From assembly GCA_964106645.2 (NCBI GenBank), contig OZ067042.1: a stretch of DNA of 64,000 nucleotides. One strand, written 5' to 3'. Shown here piece after piece: positions 39,014-53,558 of this stretch. Both the position numbers and the translations under genes were made by a program. How positions within the stretch are numbered: the stretch's first letter is position 1; every line of letters begins with the position of its first letter. The notes beneath the pieces are model-generated. The model worked only from the letters and a program-made list of their open reading frames with translations, had not been told where the DNA came from and searched no databases. The DNA is from Podarcis pityusensis. Its lineage: Eukaryota.

Positions 39014-40996
39014 TAAATGTAAATCAACAATGTAACAGCTTTAAAAACTGAATCATTTCTCTCTCTTTTTTTTAAAAAAAGTCAAGATTCCAAATTTTGA
39101 GCAAGAAAACTCCCAGGGTGTACATGATGTCTAGCATCTTCAATGAGTAATAAAACTGCAGAGAAGTCTAGACTGTCAATTAAGTGGAAACAAAGATCTG
39201 TCTCTGTACTCCAACATACTATGCAACAGCTAAGGCAGGAGCTGCTAAGCTGACACAATAGGAGACAATTGTCTTCTAGATCAGAAATGACAGGCGCCAG
39301 CTCAACCTAGAACTGTGTATATTCCAACATAGTAATCTCACCAGCAATTGTTCTCATCTATAGCTGATATAATTCAGAATGGTTGTCCACTGGTGCACAG
39401 CCAATGTATGATTACAGTAAATTACACAGACATATATTTTGCATTGATATGCATTAAAAACAGAATCTGTGTGGTTTGAGGTCAGGGTCTTCCAGAAATA
39501 AAAATATTAAATCAAGGTTTAAAACCAACAATGGCTTAGCATTATGTAGGAACACAACCAGGGTGGAAGAGACGACCAAGGTGGCCCAATTAACCATGGT
39601 TAAACAAGAATGTTAAGATTCGGAAAATCCAGTCTTCAACAGTCGTGCTTAGGTTTGTGTGGCCACCTTATCTCCAAACACCAAGCTACAAAGACACAAC
39701 CGAAGAACAAATGGAAAACAAAACAAACTATGGGGGCAAAAGTCATGGCTCATCAGTGAGACAACTCATGGTTTGCTGAACAAACCTTGTTTTAAGACCA
39801 ATGATGGCTTAGCATTACATAGGAACATATCCAGAGTGACTAGGGCTGATCACATGGACCTTTCCCACAGTTTGGACAATCCCAGGATGAACAGTCCCAT
39901 GTGATCACACCTGCCAATGCCATTGCAGTCATTTATACACTTTATTACTGCTATGGAATGAACCCACAAGTAAGTAGTTTCCATCTTCCTAACATATGTA
40001 TTATTTAGAACCAGGGTAGAGAACCTGTGACTGCCCAGATGTTGCTGGACCCCTACCAAACCTGAGAATCAATCATAAAGGCTGAGAATGATGAGGGATG
40101 AAGTCCAACACTGGAAAAGCCAGAAGTTCACCACCCCTGATTTAAGAGAATACCTGAACACTTTCTTTTTGGTGGTTTGGACAGTTACTAGACACTTACA
40201 ACGCTAAGAAAAAATAGACAAGGCATTAGCAAAAGCTACATACAGAAGGGCACACACAGAATGGAGTAAAGCTGGACCTCTGAGGTTTATGTGATGGATG
40301 TGGGTTAGTGATTGTGGATATGAGAAGAGCAGAGCCCAGACACATGAACTGGCTCAGCAGAGGAATGATTATGTCACAAAATCCAAGAGACTGGTTCTTG
40401 TGCCTCTACCTGCCATGCTACTGAATAATGGAAGGTAAGTGGCACAGTCAGCCTCTGGATCCTCTCCCTTTACCCTTAAATATTTGAGAAGCACTGAAGT
40501 TGGGCTCCCCATCCCCTCCCCTGAGGAAAATCAAGTTGTCACCTCTGAATGCAAATTCTGGGACAGAGCTGATTTTCTTTCCAAACTTAAGGAACATTCC
40601 TGTATTGCAGGGGCCTGGACAAGATGACCTTCAGGGTACTGTTCTTTCCAACCCTACTATTCAATATTTCTATTATCACCCCAAGAAGGCACTTTAAGAA
40701 GTTCTCTCTTTTCCCTTCTTGGGCCTGCTGGACAGCTTCCATTACATTATCCTATTTGCACTAAGGAGAAGGACGATGCTTCTTCAAAATAATCCCCAAA
40801 ATACTGGTCTTGCCTTGCAGCCAGCTAGGAAACAAAGCTGCATCTGGAAATGGCAGGCACCATTGGCCTTTGACTGATTCCTTAGATGCCTTCTTCCAGC
40901 TTGGCGCAACAAGCAACACAGGTCACCATCAATTCACAAGCGACACATAAGCCCCAGCACTCCATGAAGAGCTCATATATGGATGACCACCTTGGA

Positions 40997-41140
40997 TGCA
41001 GCCTTATACCATTTAACTCAATATTGTCAACACTGACTGGCAGCGGCTCTCCAGTATCTCAGGCCGGAGACATTCCCACCCCTATCTGGAGATGCCAGGA
41101 AGTGAGCCTTCTGCATGCAAAGGAAATGCTCTACAGCCTT
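40997..41140 (-). mobile_element. tRNA-derived squamate SINE (Squam3-like), degenerate
   Basis: The reverse complement resembles 52095-52250 (ctttgcatgcagaagg...ggcatctccag). Confidence 0.65.
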
Positions 41141-41342
41141 TGCCCTTGACCAGGCAGCCCGGCTGTCCAAAACGCAGGCAATTTTGGACAGATGAAAATC
41201 CTATATCCGTATGAAGCAAAGGGCACAGGGCCCATGAAACCGCCTTCCCATCACAACCACACACAGACAAAATATCTGTGTTCCATAAAGGGAAGGGGCT
41301 TCCTATATTAATAAATCAACGCCTGGAGAAACAGAAAGGTTA

Positions 41343-41483
<141 letters not shown>

Positions 41484-42064
41484 TTAAGTAACGGGGAAAC
41501 TCATATTTGAGTGGCTACAAATTTATTAAAAGCAAAGGTAGCCCCTGCCCACAGGCTCACAGTCAAGAAACATAAGCAAAGGAGAAGGGCAGGGAGATTA
41601 TTCAAAGCAGTGGTCATTCAAGGTTGTAACTTCCAAAAATTGGGTTTGAACCTCAGATTATCACAAGTCTTTTGCAATTCTTTTCTGAGACTGAGAGGAA
41701 CAGTGATAAGAAGCAGTGGTGCCACCACTACTCTAATTCAAAGTAACCATTATGAAATCCCTTTGGACTTTAACTCAACCTGCTCCCAAACTCTCTCCTC
41801 CCCCCTTTTAAAATTTAATATGAGAGGTGTTATAGCTCAAGGCTGCCTAGAAGTTCCACTCATTTCACAGCTTATCCACATTAAACCCAAAGAATTGCAA
41901 TAAATAAGCTGTTTTTGCAATTCCAGAATGCAGCACCAGACATTTCTCAACAGGAGGCTATGGAGGTTATTGAACAGACTGGGAGGAGTTGGGCTCCTAT
42001 AGCAATTGCATGTGCAATAGTTGAGTTGGCACTTAAAAAGAACTTTTTTTCAATTTCAGGAAGA

Positions 42065-42850
42065 ATTGCACGTATAGCCAAAAGTAAGATTCTGTTCTGG
42101 TTGCTGTTGCCAATTCCTTCTTTCCCAATCGTCCCAGGACACAGATCGAAATCTCGCCCAACTCTTGCATGAAAATCAGGGTGGCATCCAGCTGAGAATA
42201 AAAATTGTCTTTAATGTCTTCATCGGCATCCAGTGTTGGTGCATAAGCGCTTAGAATAGTAGCCTGTTGGTTTTGGGTGAGTTTTATTCAAAGGTTTGAA
42301 AGTCGCTCATTAATGCCAGTAGGGACTTCTGACAAGAGCTTCACAAGATCATTTTTGATAGCAAAGCCTACTTCATGTATTCAATGTTCTTGTTCATGCA
42401 GACCTTTCCAAAAGAATCTGTAGCCTCCTTTTTCTTCCTTCAGTTGTCCCTCTTCTGCTATTCGAGTTTCTTGAAGCGCTGCAATATTAATGTTAAAATG
42501 TCACTTGTGATGATGGCAGTTCTGTGTTTGGAACACTCCTTGTCTGTGTTATCCAACAAAGTCCGTATATTCCATGTTCCAAATTTCAATTGTCTTTTGT
42601 GATCGCTGAGTGGTGACCCCACTGGGCGCAGTTATCCAGTCAGGGGAAAAGGGAGGCAGACTATGTTTCGGGCGCCTTTTCTAGCCCTTGCCCCTATTCA
42701 GGGTGAGCAGAGTGGATCCTAAATAGGACTGCTCAGTCATGGATACAGCTGCCGAGCTACTCAACTGCCTCGTTCCTGGAGTCAGAACGACTGAATCTGT
42801 ATCCACCGCCCATGGGCCGGTTCATGACTAGGGGCTTCCAGATTTGACAC
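42065..42850 (-). mobile_element. RTE-clade LINE 5' fragment (5' UTR plus decayed apurinic endonuclease)
   Basis: The minus-strand translation gives GTWNIRTLLD, NIAALQETR, GYRFFWKG, VGFAIKN, SAYAPT and DFHARVG, with stops and frameshifts. Confidence 0.88.
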
Positions 42851-45009
42851 TGGGAGGAGGACAACAGGAGAAGACAGGATAATGCTTCCGAGAAGGCTGC
42901 TGGATGAGTGGACCATAGAAGGACCACATGAGGAGGACAGACAGTGCGTGACTTTCAAGGAGACACAAGATTTCCACACCAGAGAGGTCAGGCACAAAGC
43001 AGCCCTTAGTGAAGCCAAGATCCAGAGAGAGCCCAAGGCAGTGTGTGCTGAGAATCAGTTCAGAGGCAAAGACTGAAGGAAGAGGAAAGGGAGAGGAGAC
43101 AGGGAGGCAGCTAGGTTAGAGGGACTAGCCACATGAATGTTGAAATTTCACCTCACTGCAGAGAATGGGCACTGTTGCCGAGGAAGGTGACTAGCCAGAC
43201 ATCAGGAGGGTGACAGAGAACAGCAACATGGGGATGCAAAGGACAGCAGAGGGTAAAAAAGCAGCAGGATAGGGATGTGGGGGGTGAGGAGCAGGGGAGG
43301 AGGAGGAGGCAGCATTGGTGGGCTGTGTCAAAGGGAGGAAGGCCATGTTTCAGCAAGGAAAAGTAATTGAAAGGATCAAGGGACTATGGAGGATGACCAC
43401 TTTCTCCATAAGGGCACAGCAGCCATTGGGGATGCTCAAGGATTTGTCCAGTCCACAATTTCAAGTGAAGTGACTTGATTTGCACATCCCAGACTAATCT
43501 TCTTTGGTTTTTGCACTTCTCAAAGTTTGACAAAAACACAGTTCCCAGTTCAGAGAAATAATTAAAAAACAAAAGCAAAATGCATACAAAAAGGCAGTGT
43601 GGTTTTATTCATATAGCACTGATAATTATTTTATTATATTTTACATAAACACAACTCAGGGTTGTGTCTGATTAAGTAGTTTATAAAATTATTCTAAATC
43701 AATAACATTATTTTATGGACAACTTATGTGAAAATAAGAATGTTTGCACAGTTTGTTTTTTGCAGGCGCAGCGTGGAGTATGAGAAGGGGAAGAGGAGCT
43801 GGGCAGAGAGATGGGCAGAAGAAGGTGCCACTTGCCAAGGGAAAGAAATATGCTTCCCATGTTAACAATACATCTTTGTTTGGGGTCGAATGCAACATCC
43901 CAGCAGTGTCCACACGGTAAGCACACGCAGAGCTCTTTCTGCTCATCTTATTGTAGAGCCTTACACCAGGCCACAGTCAGGAAAAGAGGGGCTTCCAAGA
44001 ACACAGAAGGTGGCCATCCCTCGTCTACATATCTAGGGGCTCTCACCACATGGGTTCAGGGCACCGACTGTTCCACTGTGTTGAAGACCCAAGATCAGCC
44101 ATGGTAGGAGAAGCAAAGAGAGCCAAAGGAGGTTCTCCTTCCTCCCCACTGTCTTGTCACCTCCAAACACTGTGATTTCTCATTTTCTCCAACTTAGGCC
44201 ACAAATTGATGGCATATCAAGCTGCCACTTTCTCCTCTCTCATTGAAAACAAAATTGCCACAGCTACCTATGCCACAATGAGCCAACACAAGCATGCACA
44301 GATCCACATTTCTGCCATGACAGGAAGCAATCATTCTGCAGGAAATGGAAAATTTTGCATCCTCCTCCTCCTCACACAACCACCTCTGCACTGGTGAGAA
44401 GATTTACTCTATACAGTGCTTCCAGCTTTCAGGTCGCATTTTATGTCAAATCAATATACATTATCATATAAACATCTGGTTGCACTTTGCCTTAAACGAG
44501 ACTCATAAAAAGGAAGAGACATTTCATCAACCTGTAATCTATCACTAAATCAAGCTTTTAACCTATCAGAAGGAAAGAATACGCTACTAGAAGTGGGGTT
44601 AGTGATACCTAAGTAAAGGAGGGAATGACTCATGTATATTTTCCCGCTTCTCTTCTGCTCCAGCCTTCCCCATTTCCTGCTTCGCTCGATAGCTCTTCAC
44701 TCCATCTCTCCCACTCCCTGGCTTGCCTTATTTCCCCCAGCACATTGATGCTGCCACAGCAGCTGCCACCTACTCAATTCTTCACCTGGGCAGATGAGTT
44801 GGAGATACTGACAGATGCCTAGAAGAGCCATTTTATTTCCTCTCCTGCAGTTCTAAGAGAAACAGAGTAGTCCAGATTTAGGATAACAAATATCCTAGAA
44901 AGAGAGGAATGTATAGCCCTGTGCAATAGTTCTTCAAACATTTTTTTCTACCTTCTGTTGCTTAGAGGTGCATGCTGAGGAATTCCTGTGCACCTCACAC
45001 AGGGTCTAG

Positions 45010-45341
45010 GTAAAGGTAAAGGGGCCCCTGACCATTAGGTCCAGTTGTGGCCGACTCTGGGGTTGCGGCTCTCATCTCGCTTTATTGGCCGAGGGAGCCG
45101 GCGTACAGCTTCCGGGTCATGTGTCCAGCATGACTAAGCCGCTTCTGGCAAACCAGAGCAGCGCACGGAAACGCCGTTTACCTTCCCGCCGGAGCGGTAC
45201 CTATTATCTACTTGCACTTTGACATGCTTTCAAACTGCTAGGTTGGCAGGAGCAGGGACCGTTGCGGGGATTCGAACCACCGACCTTCTGATCTGCAAGT
45301 CCTAGGCTCTGTGGTTTAACCCACAGCGCCACCCGCGTCCC
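45010..45341 (-). mobile_element. Sauria SINE, essentially full length
   Basis: 5' head gggacgcgggtggcgctgtgggttaaacc, B-box ggttcgaatcccc and (ACCTTT)n tail. Exact 15-bp TSD tcacacagggtctag at 44995-45009 and 45342-45356. Confidence 0.96.
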
Positions 45342-45607
45342 TCACACAGGGTCTAGTGCCACATAAACTGAGCATGTGCCCTGACCCAACCAGCATTCTC
45401 TGGTAGCTGCATATGGCAGGGGAAAGGTGCCAGGACTGGGCAAGCTCTTTGTCAGGGAAAAAGCTTCTCATGAATGCTTCTCATGAATGCAGCCCACCTC
45501 AAGAAGCTTCTGAGGAACTCCAAGAGCTCTCCAGAACACATTCTGAAATCCACTGTGGTATAGCCTTGACTCTGAGCAAATTCTCAGGTACCAGGAAGTT
45601 TCAAATA

Positions 45608-45842
45608 TAGTTGTACCTTGGAAGTCGAACGTAATCCGTTCCAGAAGTCCGTTCAACTTCCAAAACATTTGGAAACCAAATTGCAGCTAGCAAGCTCCTG
45701 CAGCCGATCAGAAGCCGCAAAAGCCCCGTCAGACATTTGGCTTCCAAAAACAGTTCGCAAACCAGAACAGTCACTTCCAGGTTTGCGGCATCCGGGAGCC
45801 AAAACATTCAAGAACTAAGCTGTTCAAAAACCAAGGTATGAG
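45608..45842. mobile_element. Tigger-like MITE (distinct internal sequence)
   Basis: Degenerate ends tagttgtaccttgg and ccaaggtatga. Internal gttcgaa/ttccaa-type repeats. Confidence 0.65.
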
Positions 45843-46898
45843 TATTCACAAGTACATAAATATACACAGAAACAATTCCTGTCTCACAGAGACAGTTCTT
45901 CACGTTGCGTCAATGTGTTTTGATACAGAATATGTGTGATTTGCTGCTCTCTCACAAATGGAACGGTGTTCTCTATGAGAATAAACGTGAGCAAAGCCCT
46001 GAAGTCTCTATTGCAGCCCTTAAGTCTAGGGCTGGGAAATACGAAGCCCAGGGATGGACTGTGGTCCTCCCAGTCTCTCTAGTTAGCCCTTGAGACTCTC
46101 CCAAGACCAGGCCCCTCTCGCCTTGCTCTGGTTTTGCCTGGCTGGAATGTATCCCTGAACTGCAAGAATGGCTCTTGTTTGCCTGGAGGGAGAAGAGAGA
46201 GAGAGAGAGTAGAAACATTGGACTATTCACAGTTGAATGTGCCCTGTTGCATCTGTTGCCCATAGCCTGACCCACTTCTGCCCCTGCCCATCACTGCCAT
46301 CCATCCCCCAGAAGATTGCCTGTGAGGGAACGCAAGTCTCTGGCTGAGAAATGTTTGCTACCCATGAGCTATATCATACAATCACTTTTGAAAAACAACA
46401 ACAACATCAGGTTACAATCTTTACATTTCATAATGTCCAATCTAGAAACAAAATGCATTTGTCTTCTGACTTCCAAGTGGATTTTTTAATCATCACAAAA
46501 TAGCTCCAAATCAGGTCGATTTAAGGGTACTTGTGGCCAGCTTCACAAACTTTATATTCAGGGAAATGTGGTGAGTGGTTGTTAAGTGGGTATGTTTCAT
46601 TTCCTCTAGAATTTTATAACATGAGCTAATACCTACCACATGATCGCAAGCACAGACTGTCATACAAATGGCCTCCGGGTTCTAAGTGCTATAACGTGGC
46701 AAAGCACCCCAGAGCACATAATTGTAGTATTCTTTCCCATTTCATTGCCTAAGATCATGATGGCCAAATATTTCATGTAAAAATATCTTTAATTTTTATA
46801 AGCCAGCACATCCCAAGAGTCTATCCAAGCTTTACGGCATCTCTCGACACACAGCATTGCTCAGAATGCAGGCAGTGCCAAAACACAAATTGCACTTA

Positions 46899-47186
<288 letters not shown>

Positions 47187-48954
47187 TTAAAACACAAGAC
47201 AGTAGGCCCACAACTTACATGCATTTAACTTGTGTGCCGTCAGCTTTACATATGTGGTAAATAAAAAATAAAAAGAAGTGGAAAGGAGGTGGGTTTCCAG
47301 GAAAAATGACTTTGGCAATCCCAACCACCACTGAAGCCAATGGGTTTTGACTAGAAACAATTAGGGCTTTAGGCACGATCCCTGGAATGCAACCGCAGCA
47401 TAAGTTGCAGCATTACTGTATTAAAAACCAACAGCTTACAATCACAATCAAGATGACAATTAAGAACCACCGAACCCACATTGCAGCGGTTTTTAAAACA
47501 CCAAATGGCTGAACTTGTAATGCTGGCCAATTTTTTCCATTTGTTTCCTAGCAGGATCCTACCCGGTTAAGTCCCACCTTTTATTATGTGGCAGCCACGC
47601 AAACCTCATATATAACGCAACTTCCTTTGAGAGTGGAGGTTTGAAACAAATGTCTCCCTTGCCAACCGGCCCCAGGTGAGCGGCAGCTCCAGTTGGCCCT
47701 CCCCAACCCCAGGGAGTGAAAGAAGGAGAGAAAACTGGCCAAGAGGACAAAGTATTGAACTGGACTTTGCGCTGGGCCTTTGGAGGAGGGAATCTCAGCG
47801 GCAAAAAGGAAGAGCAATGACATTTAGGAACCCATTTCTACAGCGGTGTCCCTGCTTGCCCCAGCAATAATTTAGATTCATGATCAACCATTATTAGTCG
47901 TTGTCATTAATACAAGGCAATCATTTTCAGCTTATAGACAACTTGAGCAAGGCATCTTCCTTGCTTTGCCCGCCCTCAGCTTCAGCTGCCATAAGCATGC
48001 TGGTTTCAGAGGAGGGGAAGTGGAAAGGAGAAGCATAGCTGCTTCCTCACTCTGAGATGACTGGAGGTGTTTCCCCCAGGACAGGGTGTTTTCAGACTGT
48101 TGGCTTATTGAGGTCCCATTGTCTTTGCAACAGTGACCATCACTCAGCTCCAGCACTACCAGAAGGAAGACTTCATCCTGAAAAAATGTACAGTATTTCT
48201 GTTTGCTCAGATATCATAAGGGGGAGAACAGAAAAGTTAAGCATCATTAGAAAGGCACCTTGTGCAGATCATGTGAAGCGCAGCTTTTATCACTATTTAC
48301 TACAGGTTATTGCTGAGACTTGTCAGCTGGTGACGGAGGCTTGCATCTCACTGCCAAGAGAGTCTTGGCAAGACCCCACATAAAAAGCAAATCATTTAAT
48401 TACCACTCCTGCATTAGCCTGCATGAAATATGCTACTATCTTGAAAAGGTCCCCTCTTAATTACCCTACAGGGACCCAAAACGGCATGGGGGAGAGGAAG
48501 GGAAGCTGTACACCCAGTCCCTGCTGCCAACTGAAGCACTTCTAGCAGAAATAAAAACAAGATCATTTGTAGGGTGAATGAGGACAATCTCGTGAGCATA
48601 AACAACTCACCGATTTTGAAAGAGCAGGAGTCACTTTGCCTCTACTCCTAGGCAAAGGCACAGCCATAAACCTCAAGTGACAAAGCTCTTCTTTCAGGCT
48701 GAATATCTGAAAGCTGTTTCCTAGTGGGGGATGTGAAAACCTACATACCAGTTCTCTGTATGCAGGGTCTTTTCTTTCAGGGAAGACCACTTTAATTAAG
48801 CAATCTTTAATTATCCAAAAATTTAAAAGATTCAGCATTTATAATGCAATTTTATATAGCGCTGCTTCTGAGTGCTCAAAGTTCTTCCTGTACATCTTTC
48901 ATCTTTTAAAGAATCTTTTCCACACCCCTGCAATGTAAAGTCACCATTATCCCT

Positions 48955-49575
48955 AATAATAATACTACTACTACTAATAATAATAATAATAATACTAATA
49001 AATTTTATTTATACCCTGCCCTCCCTGGCCAGAGCCAGGCTCAGGGTGGCTAACACCAATAAAATCACAGTAAAAACATAATAGGGGGAAAAGAAGGGGA
49101 AAAAACCAATTTAAAATACAGGTTAAAATGCAATTTAAAATGCAGCCTCATTTTAAAAGTAGATGATAGATCAAGACCATAAGGGGAGGGAAATATAAGG
49201 GTCAGACTAGGTCCAAACCAAAGGCCAGGCGGAACAGCTCTGTCTTGTAGGCCCTGCGGAAAGATGTCAAGTCCTGCAGGGCCCTTGTCTCTTGTGAAGA
49301 GCGTTCCACCAAGTCGGGGCCAGTACTGAAAAGGCCCTGGCCCTAGTTGAGACCAATCTAACCACCTTGCGACCTGGGACCTCCAAAATGTTGTCATTTG
49401 TGGACCTTAAGGTCCTGCATGGGGCATACCAGGAGAGGCGGTCTCGTCGGTACGAGGGTTCTAGGCCGCATAGGGCTTTAAAGGTCAAAACCAGCACCTT
49501 AAACCTGACCCTGTACTCCACCGGGAGCCAGTGCAGTTGGTAAAGCACTGGATGAATGTGATCCCGCAGCAAGGA
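48955..49575 (-). mobile_element. L2 LINE 3' portion with (TAA)n tail
   Basis: ORF 49267-49572 reads DHIHPVLYQLHWLPVEYRVRFKVLVLTFKAL...RAFSVLAPTWWNAL. A microsatellite tail lies at 48955-49000. Confidence 0.9.
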
Positions 49576-49963
49576 CCCACAGATGGTGAGCCAAGTCAGA
49601 TGACATCACATATTTAAGGCAGAAGAGGTGAGATCTGAAATGGGAACTTCTTAACTGATAGCCACTATGCTGTACTAACTCAATAAAGAGAAGCTGCCAA
49701 GAGAGGCCAACTATAAAATATAAACACACAGCAGCTTGTCATAAAATAAAACCTGCCTCCCTCAAAAAACAATCTCATGGTGCTTCAGCTGGCTGAATAA
49801 GAACCTGACCTTTTTCAAATTTCTTATATAAGGAGATCATGGCACTGCAGCTCACTATAGTTGCATCTGTGGGGTGGGGTGGGGGACACTTGAGCACAGA
49901 CCAGGGACATCCAGGTTCAAATCTCCACTCAGCCACAAGGTTCACTGGGTGACCTTGACCTGA

Positions 49964-50363
49964 CCCTCGAGGAACACTTGAGGGAGCTGGGCATGTTTAG
50001 CCTGGAAAAGAGGAGACTGGGGTGACATATGAGAGCCTTCTTCAAATATCTCAAGGGCTGTCACATGGAAGAGGGAGCAGGCTTGTTTTCTCCTGCTCTG
50101 GAGGGAAGGGCTTGAACCAACAGATTCAAGCTACAATAAAGGAGGTTCCAACTAAACATGAGGAAGAATGTTCTGACGGTAAGAGCTGCTCAACAGTGGA
50201 ATGGATTCCCTTGGGAGGCTGTGGACTCTCTTTCCATTGAGGTTTTTAAGCAGAGGTTGGATGGCCATCTGCCATGGATGCTTCAGTTGAGATACTTGCA
50301 TTGCAGGGGTTGGACTAGATGACCCTCACAGTCCCCTCCAACTCTACAATTCTATGATTCTAT
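49964..50363 (+). mobile_element. CR1 LINE 3' end
   Basis: agggagctgggcatgtttagcctgga...ggactagatgacc...caactctacaattctatgattctat, ending in the CR1 octamer tail. Confidence 0.92.
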
Positions 50364-50944
50364 ATCAACTTCACATCTTTACTGAGACTGCTTGAAATCA
50401 ATTTTCTGGATTTAAAATTGCAGGACACCTGAAATGGACAGATGAGCTGATAAAAAAATTCTGCTGCGATGAATACAGCCAACCTACACATGCTCTGAAC
50501 TGGCCTATTATGTCCCTAAAGCTAATGAGAATGTACAAAATAATTGCTTGCCATGGTTCATGGAGAATCACAGCAATGCCCTGAAGTGGTTAAACTGAGA
50601 GTTCAACTGAGATGCTAAAGCCCAAGTAATAATTGCTACAGATTCTTTCCATGCCTGCACCTGCCCACTTTTAACATATTTCCTTCCTCCTTTAAACTGG
50701 AGAAACAATCTGTATAAATAAAGCATCTATTCTGAAGCATCTCTCCCTGATACATTTTTATTAGGACTGAATAAAATGGCTTTGTTCAGCTGATCTAGAC
50801 TTAGTAAGTGGTATTCATCTAAGTTTTACTCAGATGACCTACTGAAATTGAGGGACCTAACTTCAGTCATGCTCATTAATTTCTGTGTAAAACTTAGTTG
50901 AAAAAATCCAGTAGGTTGCAGGTTTTTAAAAAAGTGTTCAGGTG

Positions 50945-51020
50945 CTGAGATTTCTGTACTGCAGGGGGTTAGACTAGATGACCATCAAGGTGCCTTTCAA
51001 CTCAAGAATTCTATAATTCT
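50945..51020 (+). mobile_element. CR1 3' tip
   Basis: tgcagggggttagactagatgacc...ttcaactcaagaattctataattct. Confidence 0.75.
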
Positions 51021-52094
51021 TCTGGTAACCTAAATATAAGTATGTTTTGCAATCTATTCTCCATTTCTGTAATATTTTTAAAGGTTTGTGGTGCTAATGT
51101 CAGGACTCAAGTCTGCAGCAAATCCTCAACATGGTACCTGAGAAAAATCAAGGACGAATTCAGTCTGTGTAGCATAAAACCGATTACAGTCAACAGCAGA
51201 AACTAAAGCCACACCATCAGCGACAGGTCAGAATGCATCAGCCAACACGTCCCCAACTTCTTTAAGTGTCCAGATTTGGCTTGTTTGCTGGGCAAAGGAT
51301 TAGGGGACTCTGCTGTTGCGACGGTTTGTACTTGCTCAGACCGCCTTCATTTTGCTGTGCATCTGCCTTGCCTCACCCGCAAGCTTGCCACATAGCTTTT
51401 CCATCAACTGATTTATAAGCCTTTTATTTTACCTTCTCCTTCATTAATTCCAAACCCAACTGCTCGCTTGTTCTGAGATGGCTCATTGCCATCATACTGC
51501 AATATTACTATTAATATCACAAGCAGTGTATCCTTCCCACAGTAGAGAAAGCACACACTGGTTAGAAAAGGCACCCTTCATTAAGCGTAGCAAATTTACA
51601 ACAAAAACAAATTACAAGGCAGCAGCCTTTGGGCCAACTTGTACTTCTGTTTTACTTACTCATGATCAATCTTGTAGCACATATAACCCATTTCTGGTCA
51701 TCTTCTTCTTGAGCCCTTGCAAACAGCAGAATCATTTTGTGCATGATATTGAACTCATGAGACTCTGTTACTGTAATATGAAATACATTTATCTGTGTCC
51801 TTGGGAGAGCTGTTGCTAGTCCAGGTAGACAACACTTACCTAGATGGATAACACACTACAGTATAAGGCAGCTTCCTTCCTTTCCTCCCGACATCCTTCT
51901 CCCAAGCAGAGAGAGTGAAGTTTAAGAGCTGCCCTGCAGATACAAAGGTTCATGCATTCCAAGCTGTTTCCAACAGCACCACCCAGAAGCTTCTGGGAAG
52001 ATCAGAAACAAGGCATGGAAACAGCCACCTCTCCTGCCTTGCGTCCCTTGCATTTGACACTCAGATATGCTGACTCTACGGGCTCTATTCTCAA

Positions 52095-52250
52095 TGGGGG
52101 AGTATCTGCTTTGCATGCAGAAGGTCCCAGGTTCAATTCCTGGCATCTCCAGGTAGGACTGGAAGAAATTCTTGCCTGAAACCCCAGAGAGCAACTTCTG
52201 AGCCACATGGATCAGTGGTCTCATTCAGTGCAAGGCAGCTTTCTGTTCCT
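52095..52250 (+). mobile_element. tRNA-derived squamate SINE (Squam3-like)
   Basis: tctgctttgcatgcagaaggtcccaggttcaattcctggcatctccagg contains a B-box-like motif. The 3' end reads aaggcagctttctgttcct. Confidence 0.75.
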
Positions 52251-52422
52251 CTGAACATGCAGTTAATCATAGCTAACAAACCTTAAGACATATCTTCTGA
52301 GCATATTCCTTGCCCACTTGGAAAGCCATCTGAACTAGTGATATGTCTTAGCAGTAAATAATCTAACTACACATTCGATGAAAATGTATTTTTTCTGCAT
52401 CTATTACTAATCACTTTGAGTA

Positions 52423-52647
52423 CAGTGGTACCTCGGGTTACATACGCTTCAGGTTACAGACTCCGCTAACCCAGAAATAGTACCTCGGGTTAAGAACTTT
52501 GCTTCAGGTTGAGAACAGAAATCGTGCTTCGGTGGCACAGCAGCAGCAGGAGGCCCCATTAGCTAAAGTGGTCTCCAGGTTAAGAACAGTTTCAGGTTAA
52601 GAACAGACCTCCAGAATGAAGTAAGTACTTAACCCGAGGTACCACTG
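52423..52647 (+). mobile_element. Tigger-like MITE family A
   Basis: TA flanks. Perfect TIRs cagtggtacctcgggtta and taacccgaggtaccactg. Confidence 0.93.
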
Positions 52648-53116
52648 TACTGGGTGATCCCAAAGTTCTAGTATTATGAGGGGAAAATATATTGCCCCAC
52701 AACACTGATTGCTCTGCTGGTCTCCCCTCCCCCCCCAAAAAAAAACCTCTAAATGCTACTAGATAGTATTGTACTGGAAGCACAAGTGATTCTGACAAAG
52801 GATGCAAAGGATAATAAGGCTGTGAGCCACACAGAGTTCAATACAGTTTACTTTCTTGTGATGGCACTTTGGGTAGCAAGACTGCATCCCTGGATCACCT
52901 CAGTTCTGATTTCTGATTTTGCAGATTCTTCATGACATCAGAATTTGCGTCACATACATTTATTTCTACATTCAGACACACCATTCCCTGAAGCACACCA
53001 ACTGCCCCAAACTGAGGAGGATGAGTCAAAGACATGGGCACGTGTAGTGGATCCCATCACTAACTGCCCCCAATTAAGCCTGTAGTGAACCTGGCTCTGC
53101 TGCCCATCGCAGCCTG

Positions 53117-53558
53117 CAGTATTTTCCCGTGTATAATACGCCTCCATGTATAAGACGACCCCTATGTTTTTTAACCCAAAATTAAGAAATCAAGTTGTTT
53201 AGCGTTTTGGGGGGTGGGGGAGGTCACTTCCGCCATTTGCTCACCCGCCTGCCCGCCACTGCCGATCGCTTGCCACAGCCACTGCCAATTGCACACCTCA
53301 CCACAGCCGCCAATCGTCTGCCCACTCGCCACCAACAACAGCCCACTCACCTACTTGCCATAGCCACCAATCGCCAGCAGGCCTTGCTGCAGCCACCAAT
53401 CACCCGCCCAATCACCGCTGCCAGTCTCCTGCTTGCTGCTGCCATTAATCGCACGTTCCCCCATCTGCATTCACCATCCGTGTAGAAGACGACACACAAT
53501 TTTTGCCTAATTTTTTTTTTTTAGCAAAAAGCACTGTCTTCTACACTGAAATATACCG
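53117..53558. mobile_element. Degenerate family-B-like MITE with a C-rich low-complexity interior
   Basis: Ends cagtattttcccgtgtataa and tctacactgaaatataccg. Internal gccaccaatcgcc-type repeats. Confidence 0.65.

Noticed and set aside
45260-45341. tRNA-like A/B boxes
   Set aside because: This is the head of a Sauria SINE, not a tRNA gene. The same applies to the B-box-like motif near 52125.
53195-53485. 96-aa Ala/Pro/Thr-rich ORF
   Set aside because: It is the low-complexity interior of a MITE.
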